Below, piece by piece: positions 47,743-58,098 of a stretch of DNA of 64,000 nt (positions are counted from its first letter, which is position 1; every line of letters begins with the position of its first letter). The stretch is taken from the sequence record MN871453.1; one strand, written 5' to 3'. The notes beneath the pieces are model-generated. The model was not told the origin of the DNA and searched no databases. It was given only the letters and a program-made list of their open reading frames with translations. The translations under genes and the position numbers were made by a program.

Positions 47743-50301
47743 TCAGGATTCCTTTATAAAGAAATAGTTATTAAGCGACAGACGATTATTCAGGTAATAC
47801 TGATTGACGTTCTGAAGGAACTTCCAGCGCTTTGTGGTTACCGCGACGGCGGAGCTAAACGGATGTGCGTCAATGAAAATGTAGTTTGTATTCCAGACGC
47901 TTCGGCACGGGTCAATATCGAGGTACTCGCTGTAGTTCTTCATGACACGGTCAAGCGAGACTTTGTCATTAACGTTCAGCGGCTCAGTGATGGTTCCGTT
48001 ATCAAGATCGAAGATCAGTCGTGTGATCACCACCGAGAACATCCGATAACGTTCGCTGATTGGGTTAGGGCCGGTTAAGATCTTCTCCGGGTACTTCAAC
48101 GTCATGTAGTCACTGACACGTTTATCGCTCTCGGCGCCCATCTGAATCAACTCAGCGTTCGCATTCGTCGATATCCCGTACAGCGGAACGAAAACCGTCT
48201 CTTCGCAGTAAGGTAAGCCGTTAGGGAGCAACGGGATTTGTTTTTCGTCAGCGTCTTCAATAAACGGTACTGTTGAAGGGTCAACCACTTTCCCGTCAAT
48301 AATCGTACGTATAACCTTGTCGTCACGAATATCAAACGTACCGTTCACACTGACATAACCGTGATCCACGAATCCGATATTCAGCGGTCTTTTGTACTTC
48401 GCGCTTGGCGTTTCCCAACCTAAACAGGCAAAGGTAAAGTTTTGACTGTTACCTAACGTTTCATCGTAGTAACGATTGGTGATGACCGTTCCTTTATTTC
48501 CATCCAGGATATAGTCGAGCCCTTCAATCAACGGATGACCATTCATCCACACGCGCAGTTGTTGTGGCCGAATAGGAAGAATCGTCCCGAGCGTCTTACC
48601 GTAGGTCAGTGTAAAGCGGAAGATCCCGTCCGAACTCCCTACAACCTGATCGTATACAAGCGCCTCAGAGCTACTGAGGATCAGGCCCATGTTTCTGGCC
48701 TTGACGTGAATCCACGTGACGACATTATTTAAGACCGTGTAATCCGTCCCTTCTACGGCAGGTACCCAGACGTCGGAGACAACTCCTTTGTTGATTGCCG
48801 CTTTAAAGAAGTAATATTGGTACTTATCGTCCAGCGTGTAGTTGTTGTTACTGGGCGACCAGGTAATGGCTTTCTTACCCCACCCCATGAACCCTTCAAC
48901 CAACGCTGCCCGTTCATTCTTCACGAAGTAGCGTTCCGAGTAACCGTGCTGATTCCAGCCCAACAACACCCCGTCTTCGTCGTACTCAAAGAGCGTAGAA
49001 CAGAGCGAGAGTCCAAAGGGTAGATCGACAAAACCACCGTTCGAGGAAGGCGTCACCTTCGTTGGGTTTAACGCAAAGAGTTTTGCTAATGCGTTGTAGC
49101 CGTAAGCGTTGATGACGTCCGTCGCTGTAAACGAGCCCCAGAAGTTTCGCATGATCGCCGTATAAAGAGAGTTTTCCAGGTTCTCTACACGCCACTCAGC
49201 CAACGTGGAATCGAGTCCAATCATTGCTCTGAGAATGTCAGTGTCGCTTAAACGGTAAAGTGTTTCAATCCGATTCACCTCGTCGATGAGAGGGCGTTTA
49301 AAACCAGACTCACGAAGATGAAGACGAATATAAAGGTTGTCGTACGTTGTCCAGCCATCGTTCAGATAAGCCGAAACATAACCCGTCGGAATACTGTAAT
49401 CAGCATGAGTTACGTTACGCAGACTGTTCTCTTTATTGCGGTGATAATAGCGACCTGAAACCGAATCATTCGCACCGACTTTGTACATGAACAAATCGAT
49501 ATCGTCGACGTAATAGATTTCGTTATCGTGCGTATTTTTACTCGGGTGCAGCAGATACTTCTTCAGGTTGTCTAACGTCGACGTATAGTCGTACAGCGAC
49601 GAGACTTTGAAGTCCACTACGTGACTCACCGCGGCGTCGTAAACTGCCTCAGCCAGGTCACCAATGGAAATATCAGTCGATTTGATTTCCGGCTTCCAGA
49701 CGCCATTATGGTAAATATTGGTTACACCGGTTAAGGTTTGCAGCGGCCGCAACCCATTAATAAACGCAGCGATATCAGTTTGCTTAGTAATCTCTCTGCC
49801 GATATAAGCCACTTTCTGACCGATGTTATTACTTCGCTCTGAACGGAAAAAGGCGTTGTTGTAAATTCTGAGATACGCTTTCTTTTCACTTAACTCGCCA
49901 AAGATAGCGTGCTCTTTAATCGCAATGATCAAATTGTCGTCGTAGGTACGAAGAACGTAACTGCTAAAGAGCGGGAGTTTAACGCCCGTTTCCAGATAGA
50001 GGTCAATGATCAGCGCAGTCGCTTCGCTGTAAGGTCCCAACGCCATCCATTTTCCGCGAACGTCAGGGAGACCTGTACGCCAACGACTGTTTGCCCCGAT
50101 CTGATAGAGATGATAGACGTCGCCTTCGGTAGGTAATGGGGTATCAACCCAGAGAATGGTACTGGAAACTTTCGCACCACTGTCTCGACTGATTCGCGTC
50201 AGATCGAGAATGACCTGACGATCCTGAATAGGTGCACACCACAAATTCGTGCGTGCATGATCGAGAAGGAAACTTTCGGTTACGGAATTCATTACACGCA
50301 C
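47743..50301 (-). CDS. virion/baseplate-region protein (phiKZ gp27-like)
   Basis: 852 aa; synteny. Confidence 0.65.
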   Translation of the reverse strand: MRVMNSVTESFLLDHARTNLWCAPIQDRQVILDLTRISRDSGAKVSSTILWVDTPLPTEGDVYHLYQIGANSRWRTGLPDVRGKWMALGPYSEATALIIDLYLETGVKLPLFSSYVLRTYDDNLIIAIKEHAIFGELSEKKAYLRIYNNAFFRSERSNNIGQKVAYIGREITKQTDIAAFINGLRPLQTLTGVTNIYHNGVWKPEIKSTDISIGDLAEAVYDAAVSHVVDFKVSSLYDYTSTLDNLKKYLLHPSKNTHDNEIYYVDDIDLFMYKVGANDSVSGRYYHRNKENSLRNVTHADYSIPTGYVSAYLNDGWTTYDNLYIRLHLRESGFKRPLIDEVNRIETLYRLSDTDILRAMIGLDSTLAEWRVENLENSLYTAIMRNFWGSFTATDVINAYGYNALAKLFALNPTKVTPSSNGGFVDLPFGLSLCSTLFEYDEDGVLLGWNQHGYSERYFVKNERAALVEGFMGWGKKAITWSPSNNNYTLDDKYQYYFFKAAINKGVVSDVWVPAVEGTDYTVLNNVVTWIHVKARNMGLILSSSEALVYDQVVGSSDGIFRFTLTYGKTLGTILPIRPQQLRVWMNGHPLIEGLDYILDGNKGTVITNRYYDETLGNSQNFTFACLGWETPSAKYKRPLNIGFVDHGYVSVNGTFDIRDDKVIRTIIDGKVVDPSTVPFIEDADEKQIPLLPNGLPYCEETVFVPLYGISTNANAELIQMGAESDKRVSDYMTLKYPEKILTGPNPISERYRMFSVVITRLIFDLDNGTITEPLNVNDKVSLDRVMKNYSEYLDIDPCRSVWNTNYIFIDAHPFSSAVAVTTKRWKFLQNVNQYYLNNRLSLNNYFFIKES

Positions 50302-50309
50302 CTTCTACT

Positions 50310-51248
50310 TTAATAAGTTTTCTCGTGATGATTCGCCGTCAATGCGATCAGGTCGTTAACACGAGCAACGAAATCGTCGGTTTTCAGATTACGACCTTCA
50401 CGGTCAATCAACTGCGTTAACCATGCTTTACGGTATTGTTTTTCACCGGCACACGCTGAATAAATCATGGCAATAAACATCGGTGGGTATTCGAGCGCCA
50501 CGGCCAATTGCTCCCGGACTTCTGAACTACCAAACCAGCTGGTTGATGTCAGCGTCCAGAGAATACGTTTGTCAATTCGTTTCAGCGATAAGCTCTCGCC
50601 GAATTCAGCTAATGCTTTACAGTAGTCATCGAGGTTCGCCATGTAGCCAACCGGACGCAACCACAGATCCAGTTTCTGGTAAGGGATATTCAGGATGCGA
50701 CTGATCTTCACGCAGAAGACCTCGTGACGACGATCGTTAAAGTCTTTCGCATCGCAGTGTAAGCAGTAGTAATAATAAGCAGTGATTGCTTTGAGTTTTT
50801 CTGCAACCAGCTCATTCAGGTTCAGTTTGTTTTTGAGCAGCCCAGTTAACCACTTAGCAAAGATTGCCAACGGGACATCGACGTTGAAATAGAACGCATC
50901 GATATTCCCTTCCGACCAAGCCATCTCCAGAACAGCACGGCGGAAAATGATCCCGACAGAACCTTCATTAACAAAGTCTGTGGTGCCGTCTGCATTTAAT
51001 TTTAACGTCCCGCGGTAAGGGCGAAGATCAATATATGTATACGGTATACTTTGAACTTCTTGAGAAAGGGGATGACGAAAGACAGGAATGGCTTCCAATT
51101 CTGGGGTTTTCTCCAGTACCGCGAACAGCCCTTTAAAGTGGTTAATTGGGGTTAATGCACCTTCTGCGTTCGCCACCAACATCTTCCCGGGTAGACTCGC
51201 AGGAAAAATAGAACTGCCGGCTGAGGTGTCAAAACTGTGTTTAAACAT
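50310..51248 (-). CDS. virion protein (phiKZ gp28-like)
   Basis: 312 aa, divergent from sheath gene; synteny. Confidence 0.6.
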   Translation of the reverse strand: MFKHSFDTSAGSSIFPASLPGKMLVANAEGALTPINHFKGLFAVLEKTPELEAIPVFRHPLSQEVQSIPYTYIDLRPYRGTLKLNADGTTDFVNEGSVGIIFRRAVLEMAWSEGNIDAFYFNVDVPLAIFAKWLTGLLKNKLNLNELVAEKLKAITAYYYYCLHCDAKDFNDRRHEVFCVKISRILNIPYQKLDLWLRPVGYMANLDDYCKALAEFGESLSLKRIDKRILWTLTSTSWFGSSEVREQLAVALEYPPMFIAMIYSACAGEKQYRKAWLTQLIDREGRNLKTDDFVARVNDLIALTANHHEKTY

Positions 51249-51411
51249 TGCTTAATTCTCCGATAATGACCGTGACCTATAGAATGTTAATATGACGACG
51301 TTTCCGTATTACCGGTAAACTATGGTTTAAAAACCACCCAAGCTTGGATTTAGCGTCATCAAGTAGCTACATAATTTATGCGGTACCCACTCTTTTTAAG
51401 AGGCAAAAGAC

Positions 51412-53481
51412 ATGTCAGAACAAATTACGGGATCAACACCCAGAATTTATTACCGCGGTACGAAGGATATTTCGTTCACCCGTTCTACGGGTTCAACGAC
51501 GACCCTGGCTCTTCATCGACCGCTCATCATGTTCTTCGGCCAGAAAGGTCCAACTGTCCCTACCTGGATCGATCCGGTAAAATTCGAAGACATTTACGGT
51601 AGCGAAACTACCAACCTTTCCGGCGTTTATGCGACCCACAGTACTCCTTTTATTAAGGAAGCGATTGCAGCGGGTAACCAGTTCCTGGCCTTGCGTCTGG
51701 AACCGGCAGATATCCCTGACGTCGCCACGCTGGGTCTCTCCGTCGATTGGGTAAAAACCAAAATCGACGACTATGAGCGTAACGACGACGGAACTTATAA
51801 AACCGATACCAACGGTGACAAAATTCCGCTGGCCACGCAAGTAGACGGGATCAAATTCCGCTTTGTTCTCTCTAAAATCGAGACGGACGAGTCGGGCGTT
51901 TCCCAGTACAAAAAACGTACCGCTTCTGCGGGGACAATCGGTACCGCTGAGAACCCGTCAACGATCACGCCACTGGCCGATTTCCGTTGCCGTTATAAAT
52001 CGTCTCTCGGTGCGAATACAGCGATCCGTATTTGGGCACCGACTGTCAATTCGACTCAGGCCGCTGATGCCGATCTGCAAGAACGTATCAAATCGTTCCT
52101 GTACCGCTTCCAGCTCCTGACCCGTACCGATAAAAACAGTTCACCAACTATTTTTGAGACGATCTATAATGAAGCGTCTCTGTCGGTCGGTTTCGGTGAG
52201 AACTTAGTCGATCCGCAGACCGAAGTGGTTTACGATTTCGCGGAACGTATCGAAAGTCGTTACAACGACGAAGATCCATCGACTTACCTGATGTCGCCGA
52301 TCGATGCGCCGTACCTGTATCAGTCCAACATCGATACCGTCCTGAAAGCAGTACAGTCGGTGGAATCCACCTTCGGTACGGTTTCTGACGATGAAGCGGA
52401 TCTCTACACAATTAACCTGTTCGGTGCGCAGACGGTAGAGGGTGTACCGTATCACGCTGTTCAGATTATGGGCGTACTGGATGGTGGCGTCACGCTGACA
52501 GAAACCTCCACCAACTACCTGCAAGGCGGTGGTGACGGTACGCTGGGTAACGCCAGTTTCAACGCTGCCGCTAACCTGGTGCTGTCCAACATGTCCAGCG
52601 GCGCATCTTTCAATATCGGTAACTACGCGCGTTATCCGTTCAATGCGTTCTGGGATTCCGGTTTCGACCTGAAGACCAAACAACTGATTCCGCAATTGAT
52701 CGGTCTGCGTGCAGACACCTGGATCGCCCTGTCGACTCAGGACATCAGCCTCGACTTCAACAGCAATGAAGAAGAAGAATCAATCGCGCTGTCCCTGATG
52801 TCTCGCGTAAACGCTTTCCCGGACTCCTCTGATTTCGGTACCCCGGCGTTTCGCGGTATGATCGTAGGTGGTGCAGGTTATTACACGGAAACTACGCGTA
52901 AGCTGGCGGTCCCGCTGACCCTCGACCGTTTCCGTGCTTACTGTCAGTATGCTGGCGCTTCTGACGGTGTACTCAAACCGGAATACGCGGTGGATGAAGG
53001 TGAGAACCGGAAAGTCCAGGTGGTTAAAAATATTAACAACCTCGATAAATCCTGGCGCGTTCGTCGTGCGCAGTGGAACAACAACCTGGTTTACGTAGAA
53101 GACTACGATACCGGTTCGCAGTTCTACCCGGGCCAGCAGTCGTTCTACAGCGAACAAGGTTCCGTACTGAAGGCGGCTATCGTGGGTCTGTGCGTGGCTA
53201 ACCTGAACCGTTTCGCTTTCGAAGCGTGGCGTGACCTGAGCGGTACTCAGAAACTCACCGACGATCAGTTGATTGAGCGCTCTGACGAAATCGTGAGCAC
53301 CCGCGGTGCCGGTGCCTTCGATAACCGCCTGATCTTCACGCCGCATTCTGAGATTACCCAGGCCGATAAAGAACGTGGTTATTCTTGGTCTATGCGCATT
53401 GACTTCGGTGCTAACGCGTTCCGTACCGTAATGGATATGTCTTCTGTCGCATACACCAGAGAGGAATTAGCAAATGGCTAA
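51412..53481 (+). CDS. tail sheath protein (phiKZ gp29-like)
   Basis: 689 aa; FFGQKGP, FEDIYG, FWDSGF sheath-like segments; optimised codons; followed by ~290-aa tube gene. Confidence 0.88.
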   Translation: MSEQITGSTPRIYYRGTKDISFTRSTGSTTTLALHRPLIMFFGQKGPTVPTWIDPVKFEDIYGSETTNLSGVYATHSTPFIKEAIAAGNQFLALRLEPADIPDVATLGLSVDWVKTKIDDYERNDDGTYKTDTNGDKIPLATQVDGIKFRFVLSKIETDESGVSQYKKRTASAGTIGTAENPSTITPLADFRCRYKSSLGANTAIRIWAPTVNSTQAADADLQERIKSFLYRFQLLTRTDKNSSPTIFETIYNEASLSVGFGENLVDPQTEVVYDFAERIESRYNDEDPSTYLMSPIDAPYLYQSNIDTVLKAVQSVESTFGTVSDDEADLYTINLFGAQTVEGVPYHAVQIMGVLDGGVTLTETSTNYLQGGGDGTLGNASFNAAANLVLSNMSSGASFNIGNYARYPFNAFWDSGFDLKTKQLIPQLIGLRADTWIALSTQDISLDFNSNEEEESIALSLMSRVNAFPDSSDFGTPAFRGMIVGGAGYYTETTRKLAVPLTLDRFRAYCQYAGASDGVLKPEYAVDEGENRKVQVVKNINNLDKSWRVRRAQWNNNLVYVEDYDTGSQFYPGQQSFYSEQGSVLKAAIVGLCVANLNRFAFEAWRDLSGTQKLTDDQLIERSDEIVSTRGAGAFDNRLIFTPHSEITQADKERGYSWSMRIDFGANAFRTVMDMSSVAYTREELANG

Positions 53482-54349
53482 GAAAGATCCGAACACAGTC
53501 ATGAGTGCTAATAGTTCGTACGCTAACGGGGCCAATGGTCCCGTGACGAACTTGGAAATCCCAGCACCCTATGGCTATACCCCTGACTTCCGTTATTACC
53601 ACGCTGCGGCCGATTATACTCGTCGCCCGACCATCGCGTTTCTGATGGAGTTGCCTAACTGCTTCAAAGACACTGATGACCCGGAAAAATGGGGCGGTTC
53701 ACTGAAAGCGCTAATCGAGATGCACGCTCGTACGATCGACGGTATCGATTACACGCTGGAAGTAGAACACGTTGAAACCCCGTTCGGTGGCGGCGGCGAA
53801 ATGATGCAAACGCTGTCCAAGGTTCGTCGCGCTCGTTCTGTCCCGGTCTTTACCTGGGTAGAAAAAGTAGGGATGCCGGTTTCCCGTTACTGGAACAACT
53901 ACATCCTGTACTTCATGGGCGAACCGAACTCCAACGTCGCAGGGATTATTGGTAAAGGTGGTATTACCCCGGCTGCAACTTACCCGGATTACAACACCTT
54001 CTCTATCCTGTTTGTGGAACCGGATCCGACCGAACGTTACGCGTTGCGTTCTACGCTGATCACTAACATGCAACCGACCGGCCAAGGCCCAGAAATGCGC
54101 ATGTCAAAAGATCAGACCTCTTCACCGGAACAGCTCCAGGTATCCTTGACGATGACCGGTCTGCAGATGGTAGGTCGCGGCGTTGATAAACTCGGTCAGA
54201 TGATGTTGGACCGCGCGTCCCAGACGGGTATCGATCTTAACGCCCAACCTGCCTTCCTGAGCGATCGTGAAGCAGACGTGGCGGCAAGAGACGACGGGTA
54301 TATCGAACAATTAGTTTCGAGCCTGTCTAAACCTGGCGTGGCGATCTAA
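53474..54349 (+). CDS. tail tube protein (phiKZ gp30-like)
   Basis: 291 aa overlapping sheath stop. Confidence 0.8.
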   Translation: MAKKDPNTVMSANSSYANGANGPVTNLEIPAPYGYTPDFRYYHAAADYTRRPTIAFLMELPNCFKDTDDPEKWGGSLKALIEMHARTIDGIDYTLEVEHVETPFGGGGEMMQTLSKVRRARSVPVFTWVEKVGMPVSRYWNNYILYFMGEPNSNVAGIIGKGGITPAATYPDYNTFSILFVEPDPTERYALRSTLITNMQPTGQGPEMRMSKDQTSSPEQLQVSLTMTGLQMVGRGVDKLGQMMLDRASQTGIDLNAQPAFLSDREADVAARDDGYIEQLVSSLSKPGVAI

Positions 54350-54375
54350 GTTATCAACACCTTAGTAAATAGATT

Positions 54376-54411
54376 CCTCAAGGAACCTTCGGGTTCCTTG
54401 AGGTTTATTCT
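54376..54411 (+). terminator. terminator after tail tube
   Basis: CCTCAAGGAACC-TTCG-GGTTCCTTGAGG then T-rich tract. Confidence 0.85.
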
Positions 54412-54476
54412 CTTAAGTTTTTTATTTTACCGACCTGCAATAATCATCCTATGAAAGAATAGTTGAGAGGTGAATT

Positions 54477-55121
54477 ATGTTTGATAAAAACGCAGCATTA
54501 AAATTACAGCAGTCGTTAAAGAACGCGGGTTTCGATCCGAAAGGCGTTGATGGTTTATGGGGTAAGAACTCGCAAGCGGCACTTGATGCTTCTTTCGAGA
54601 AGTATGACATCGCGTGGAGTGCAATCCCCTCACTGGAGTTCGTCAACAAGACGAAAGACATCGTGGCAAAATTAGGCGGTGATCCGAGTCATTTGATGTC
54701 GTGCATGGCGTTTGAAACCGGCCGTACCTTTAGCCCCACAATTAAAAATGGTGCAGGCGCACCTTACTGGGGAATCATTCAGGGCGGTGCCGCATTCTGC
54801 AAAGACGTCGGGATCACACTTGATCAGTGGAAGTCCATGACCAACGTACAACAGCTAGACTACGTGTATAAATGGTATATCCCTTATAAAGGGAAACTGA
54901 ACGATCTGCCGTCTTGGTATTTAAGAATTCTCTGGCCCGTTGCCGTGACCAAACCGGATTCTTACGTCATGTGGGACAATAAAACGCGTCCGACGACCTA
55001 TCTCCAGAACAAGGGTCTCGACGTGAACAAAGATGGGTTGATTACGCGTGGGGAAGTGGCTAAAGTTATTTACAACATGTATGCGGAAGGTTGTTTAATC
55101 GAAAAACGCCGACCGCTTTAA
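54477..55121 (+). CDS. modular endolysin: PG-binding domain plus lysozyme-like domain with EF-hand loop
   Basis: LQQSLKNAGFDPKGVDGLWGKNSQAAL (PG_binding_1-like), MAFETG catalytic Glu, DVNKDGLITRGE. Confidence 0.82.
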   Translation: MFDKNAALKLQQSLKNAGFDPKGVDGLWGKNSQAALDASFEKYDIAWSAIPSLEFVNKTKDIVAKLGGDPSHLMSCMAFETGRTFSPTIKNGAGAPYWGIIQGGAAFCKDVGITLDQWKSMTNVQQLDYVYKWYIPYKGKLNDLPSWYLRILWPVAVTKPDSYVMWDNKTRPTTYLQNKGLDVNKDGLITRGEVAKVIYNMYAEGCLIEKRRPL

Positions 55122-55131
55122 GCGAGGCGAT

Positions 55132-55257
55132 ATGGGTGTGAGTACTCTTACCGGTGTTGACGTTATAATTATTTGCACCGGTATTCTTGTCACCATGGCT
55201 ACAACAGCGTTTGTTATTTCTATCCTGTTTGATGACAAAAATAAAAAAGATGAATAA
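55132..55257 (+). CDS. 41-aa single-TM protein after endolysin
   Basis: Hand translation MGVSTLTGVDVIIICTGILVTMATTAFVISILFDDKNKKDE; SD GAGG; below ORF-track cutoff. Confidence 0.55.
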   Translation: MGVSTLTGVDVIIICTGILVTMATTAFVISILFDDKNKKDE

Positions 55258-55261
55258 TTAA

Positions 55262-55292
55262 AAGAGAGAGTCCAAATGGACTCTCTCTTTGT
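55262..55292. terminator. bidirectional terminator
   Basis: AAGAGAGAGTCC/GGACTCTCTCTT. Confidence 0.75.
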
Positions 55293-55295
55293 GTT

Positions 55296-55895
55296 TTACC
55301 CTAAATGCTTCACCGCGAGATCGAAGACTTTTTGCTTCACGTCATCGAAGGTGAACAGACGTTCGTAAGCGGTTTCTTTCTGGTTCCACAACTTGTCCAT
55401 CAAAAAGACGTTACTGACTTCGTTGCGATCAGTACCATTCCAGTGCGGGTTATCGTCAAAGAGGTAATACTGATACCCCTTAAGGTTCTGGTCTAACCAC
55501 GTCTTTTTACACGGCACAATGGCAGGGTCAAGGAAAACCCCTTCCATCTCAATGCCCAGACGATCAAACTGTTTCTGCGTAAACTCTGCTGCGCGAGGAT
55601 GATACCCGCGGTGCGTGGCGAACATCGTTTGAATGCGAGAACCAAAGACCGTTTGCATTTCTTTAATGAGCGAAGGGAGTTGCTCAAAGCCCGAAACCCA
55701 TTCTGCTTCTTCCATGAAATGGCCGTCTTCTAAAACCGCCTTGAGGTAAGGCGCTTCAAACGGATCGGTTCTCGAGAGACGGTTCTTCCAAACCAGACCA
55801 CAGTTGAAGGTCCGATTGATCCAATTAGTCATCGCCACTTCAGTTTCGAATTTAGTGTCATCTAAATCGAAAACGAACATCAATTTTTCCATCAT
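55296..55895 (-). CDS. HAD-family 5'(3')-deoxyribonucleotidase-like phosphatase
   Basis: FDLDDT motif I, ATHR motif II, LFDDNP motif IV. Confidence 0.8.
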   Translation of the reverse strand: MMEKLMFVFDLDDTKFETEVAMTNWINRTFNCGLVWKNRLSRTDPFEAPYLKAVLEDGHFMEEAEWVSGFEQLPSLIKEMQTVFGSRIQTMFATHRGYHPRAAEFTQKQFDRLGIEMEGVFLDPAIVPCKKTWLDQNLKGYQYYLFDDNPHWNGTDRNEVSNVFLMDKLWNQKETAYERLFTFDDVKQKVFDLAVKHLG

Positions 55896-56392
55896 TTACC
55901 TTTACGTTGAATGTAGAGTTCCAGCGACTCTTTGAGATTCTCAAGGAAGCTTTGGTTTTGACTGGTCAACTTAAAAGTTCCGCCGCTCCCGGAAATGACC
56001 AGAGTTTGCCAGAATAAAGAAATGGCGTTAAACTTCCTCAGATCGATGTGGAGCGTATGAGGTCCCCAATATACCATTATCTCAAGGTCTTGAATAAAAC
56101 GCGTTCTAGGGTGTTCTGAGGAGTTCTCAAAGACCCCTTCGTGAAGAAGATAGTCCGACCACTGCGAGATGATATATTTAAAGACGGTTTCCGCCTCTAC
56201 AAGGTCAAGCGTTTGGATGTTAGTGATGTTGTTATCCTGGTCGATAACCGAGACAAAAGTTTTCGGATAGAGCGTACCTAAACTCTGCGCTTTATCAACG
56301 TTTTTGATTCGGTTAAGGTCAACGTAGTAAACACCCTTGGTCGTCGAGATAAACAGTTTATCCGACTGTATCCGTTGTAAAAGAGTTTCCAT
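55892..56392 (-). CDS. hypothetical protein
   Basis: 166 aa, ATGA overlap. Confidence 0.6.
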   Translation of the reverse strand: METLLQRIQSDKLFISTTKGVYYVDLNRIKNVDKAQSLGTLYPKTFVSVIDQDNNITNIQTLDLVEAETVFKYIISQWSDYLLHEGVFENSSEHPRTRFIQDLEIMVYWGPHTLHIDLRKFNAISLFWQTLVISGSGGTFKLTSQNQSFLENLKESLELYIQRKGK

Positions 56393-56397
56393 CAGTT

Positions 56398-57360
56398 TTA
56401 CCCTTTGTTATTTGTACCCAGTTCACTGTATTGATCGAGTAAAAAGTTAAGATACGCCTCATGGGGATCAGTGCGGAAAATCATCTCATGAAGCACGGTA
56501 AAAGGTACAGGATTGTCAAAGACCCCGCCAGCAGCCTCAGCGTGCCCTCCACCGTTAAAGCGCACCGCGGCTTGTTGTGCCAAACCTGTCCCTTTGCGTG
56601 ACCGGAACGACAAACCGAGACCGTTCCGGTTTAACGTTACGTTCACGACCAGATTAACTTTGTCGTCTTGGGCCATGATTGTACTGGCCGCTTCAGAAGC
56701 GTAATAATACGGAGCAGAAATATACGCCACTGAGAAAGGACTTTCTGCCGCCTCTTCAATAATGACTGCTTTATTCAGGTGAAACGCAATATTTTTATCC
56801 CGACCTTTTACTAACAGTTCGGCCTGCGGGCGGAGAATTTCTTCAACTTGTTCTTTGCTGTATTTAAACAACTCAATGAAAGGTGGGAAAATTTCATCCT
56901 TATCCCCCTTCTTCAAATACTGAACAAAGAGTTCGTGGTAATTCCGTTCGCTCTCTTCTGCAATCCAGAGGTCGCGGTTATTGATTAAACGAATCACTTC
57001 TGGCATAGGGGTAGAATTAACATATTTCCATGCTAAACCCGCCCCTGAAAGTTCTGTGTCGAAATAAACAACCGTCGCCCCGAAGAATTTTTGGATCTTA
57101 TCACATTCTTCTTTTTTGTCTGCATGATGATCGAGGATCACGATAGACCGTATACGTGCCGCGTTCTTCTCAACCCATTCAAACGGTGGAGTGAAATCGA
57201 CAAAAACAATATGTACCGGCTCCTCATTTTCTAAGTCCGGCATAGCACGGTAGTTTACCGGGATGAAAGTCTGCAGCCTTGTATATTGATACATGATTGC
57301 CGCCGCCGCGAAACCGTCCATGCAAAGGTCGTGGTAATAAACGATTATTTCATTATTCAT
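56398..57360 (-). CDS. DHH/DHHA1 phosphoesterase
   Basis: HDLCMDGF, FVDF, ILDHH, SFRS, GGGHAEAAG. Confidence 0.88.
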   Translation of the reverse strand: MNNEIIVYYHDLCMDGFAAAAIMYQYTRLQTFIPVNYRAMPDLENEEPVHIVFVDFTPPFEWVEKNAARIRSIVILDHHADKKEECDKIQKFFGATVVYFDTELSGAGLAWKYVNSTPMPEVIRLINNRDLWIAEESERNYHELFVQYLKKGDKDEIFPPFIELFKYSKEQVEEILRPQAELLVKGRDKNIAFHLNKAVIIEEAAESPFSVAYISAPYYYASEAASTIMAQDDKVNLVVNVTLNRNGLGLSFRSRKGTGLAQQAAVRFNGGGHAEAAGGVFDNPVPFTVLHEMIFRTDPHEAYLNFLLDQYSELGTNNKG

Positions 57361-57406
57361 AAATTCTCCAAAAAATAAAAGAGGGGAAAATTCCCCTCTG
57401 TGATAG

Positions 57407-57658
57407 TTAGGCCAGGATTTTTAAAATCTGACGACCGTAGAACGTTTGGGTTAAGACGTTCAATTTAAACTCGGCCTTTTCAGGATAAACAATGAATTGT
57501 TCGCAGATATTTTTCGTCTCGTCAAAACGAAGACGTTTAAAAATCCGTTCCGCGACCCGTTTCATGATTTTTGCTTTTCCGTTGTGTTCGCGAAAGGCTA
57601 TGGCTAATGTAACGAGCAGATCGATCATCTCGTGATCAATTAAACGTCTATCACTCAT
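57407..57658 (-). CDS. hypothetical protein
   Basis: 83 aa, ATGA overlap. Confidence 0.6.
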   Translation of the reverse strand: MSDRRLIDHEMIDLLVTLAIAFREHNGKAKIMKRVAERIFKRLRFDETKNICEQFIVYPEKAEFKLNVLTQTFYGRQILKILA

Positions 57659-58002
57659 CCCGCGACATCCAGATTAGTGTAAAGTACAGAACAAGTGTCA
57701 TCTCCGTCAAAAACAACACCGCTTTCATTCAACCAACGAACAGTTTCCTTTTTCTGCGTGAAAGAGACCGTACTGTAAACTTTATACCCTGGCGTCTGCG
57801 CCTCGCCTTCCATGGCAGAAAGCGAAGAAGGCTTAGCACGCATAAAGGTGACATGAACGGTTTTAGGGTTAACGCCAGGGAACAACGTCACCGCGTTTTT
57901 AACCTCAGTGTTGACGCGATCGATACAAGCGCTATTCGGCGCAGCTTGGGCGGTCGTAGCAGTGAACAGTAGAGCGATGGCCATCAAAGTAATCTTTTTC
58001 AT
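57655..58002 (-). CDS. secreted/periplasmic protein
   Basis: Sec signal MKKITLMAIALLFTATTAQA; two Cys; SD AGGAG. Confidence 0.7.
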   Translation of the reverse strand: MKKITLMAIALLFTATTAQAAPNSACIDRVNTEVKNAVTLFPGVNPKTVHVTFMRAKPSSLSAMEGEAQTPGYKVYSTVSFTQKKETVRWLNESGVVFDGDDTCSVLYTNLDVAG

Positions 58003-58098
58003 TTTCTTCTCCTTCTAAAACGCGGTTCTTTTGTTCGTTGTCTAAGTGAATCCCGATTTCGCTCATAGCGGCAAAGAAATCGTCGTCGGTGAAATTTT

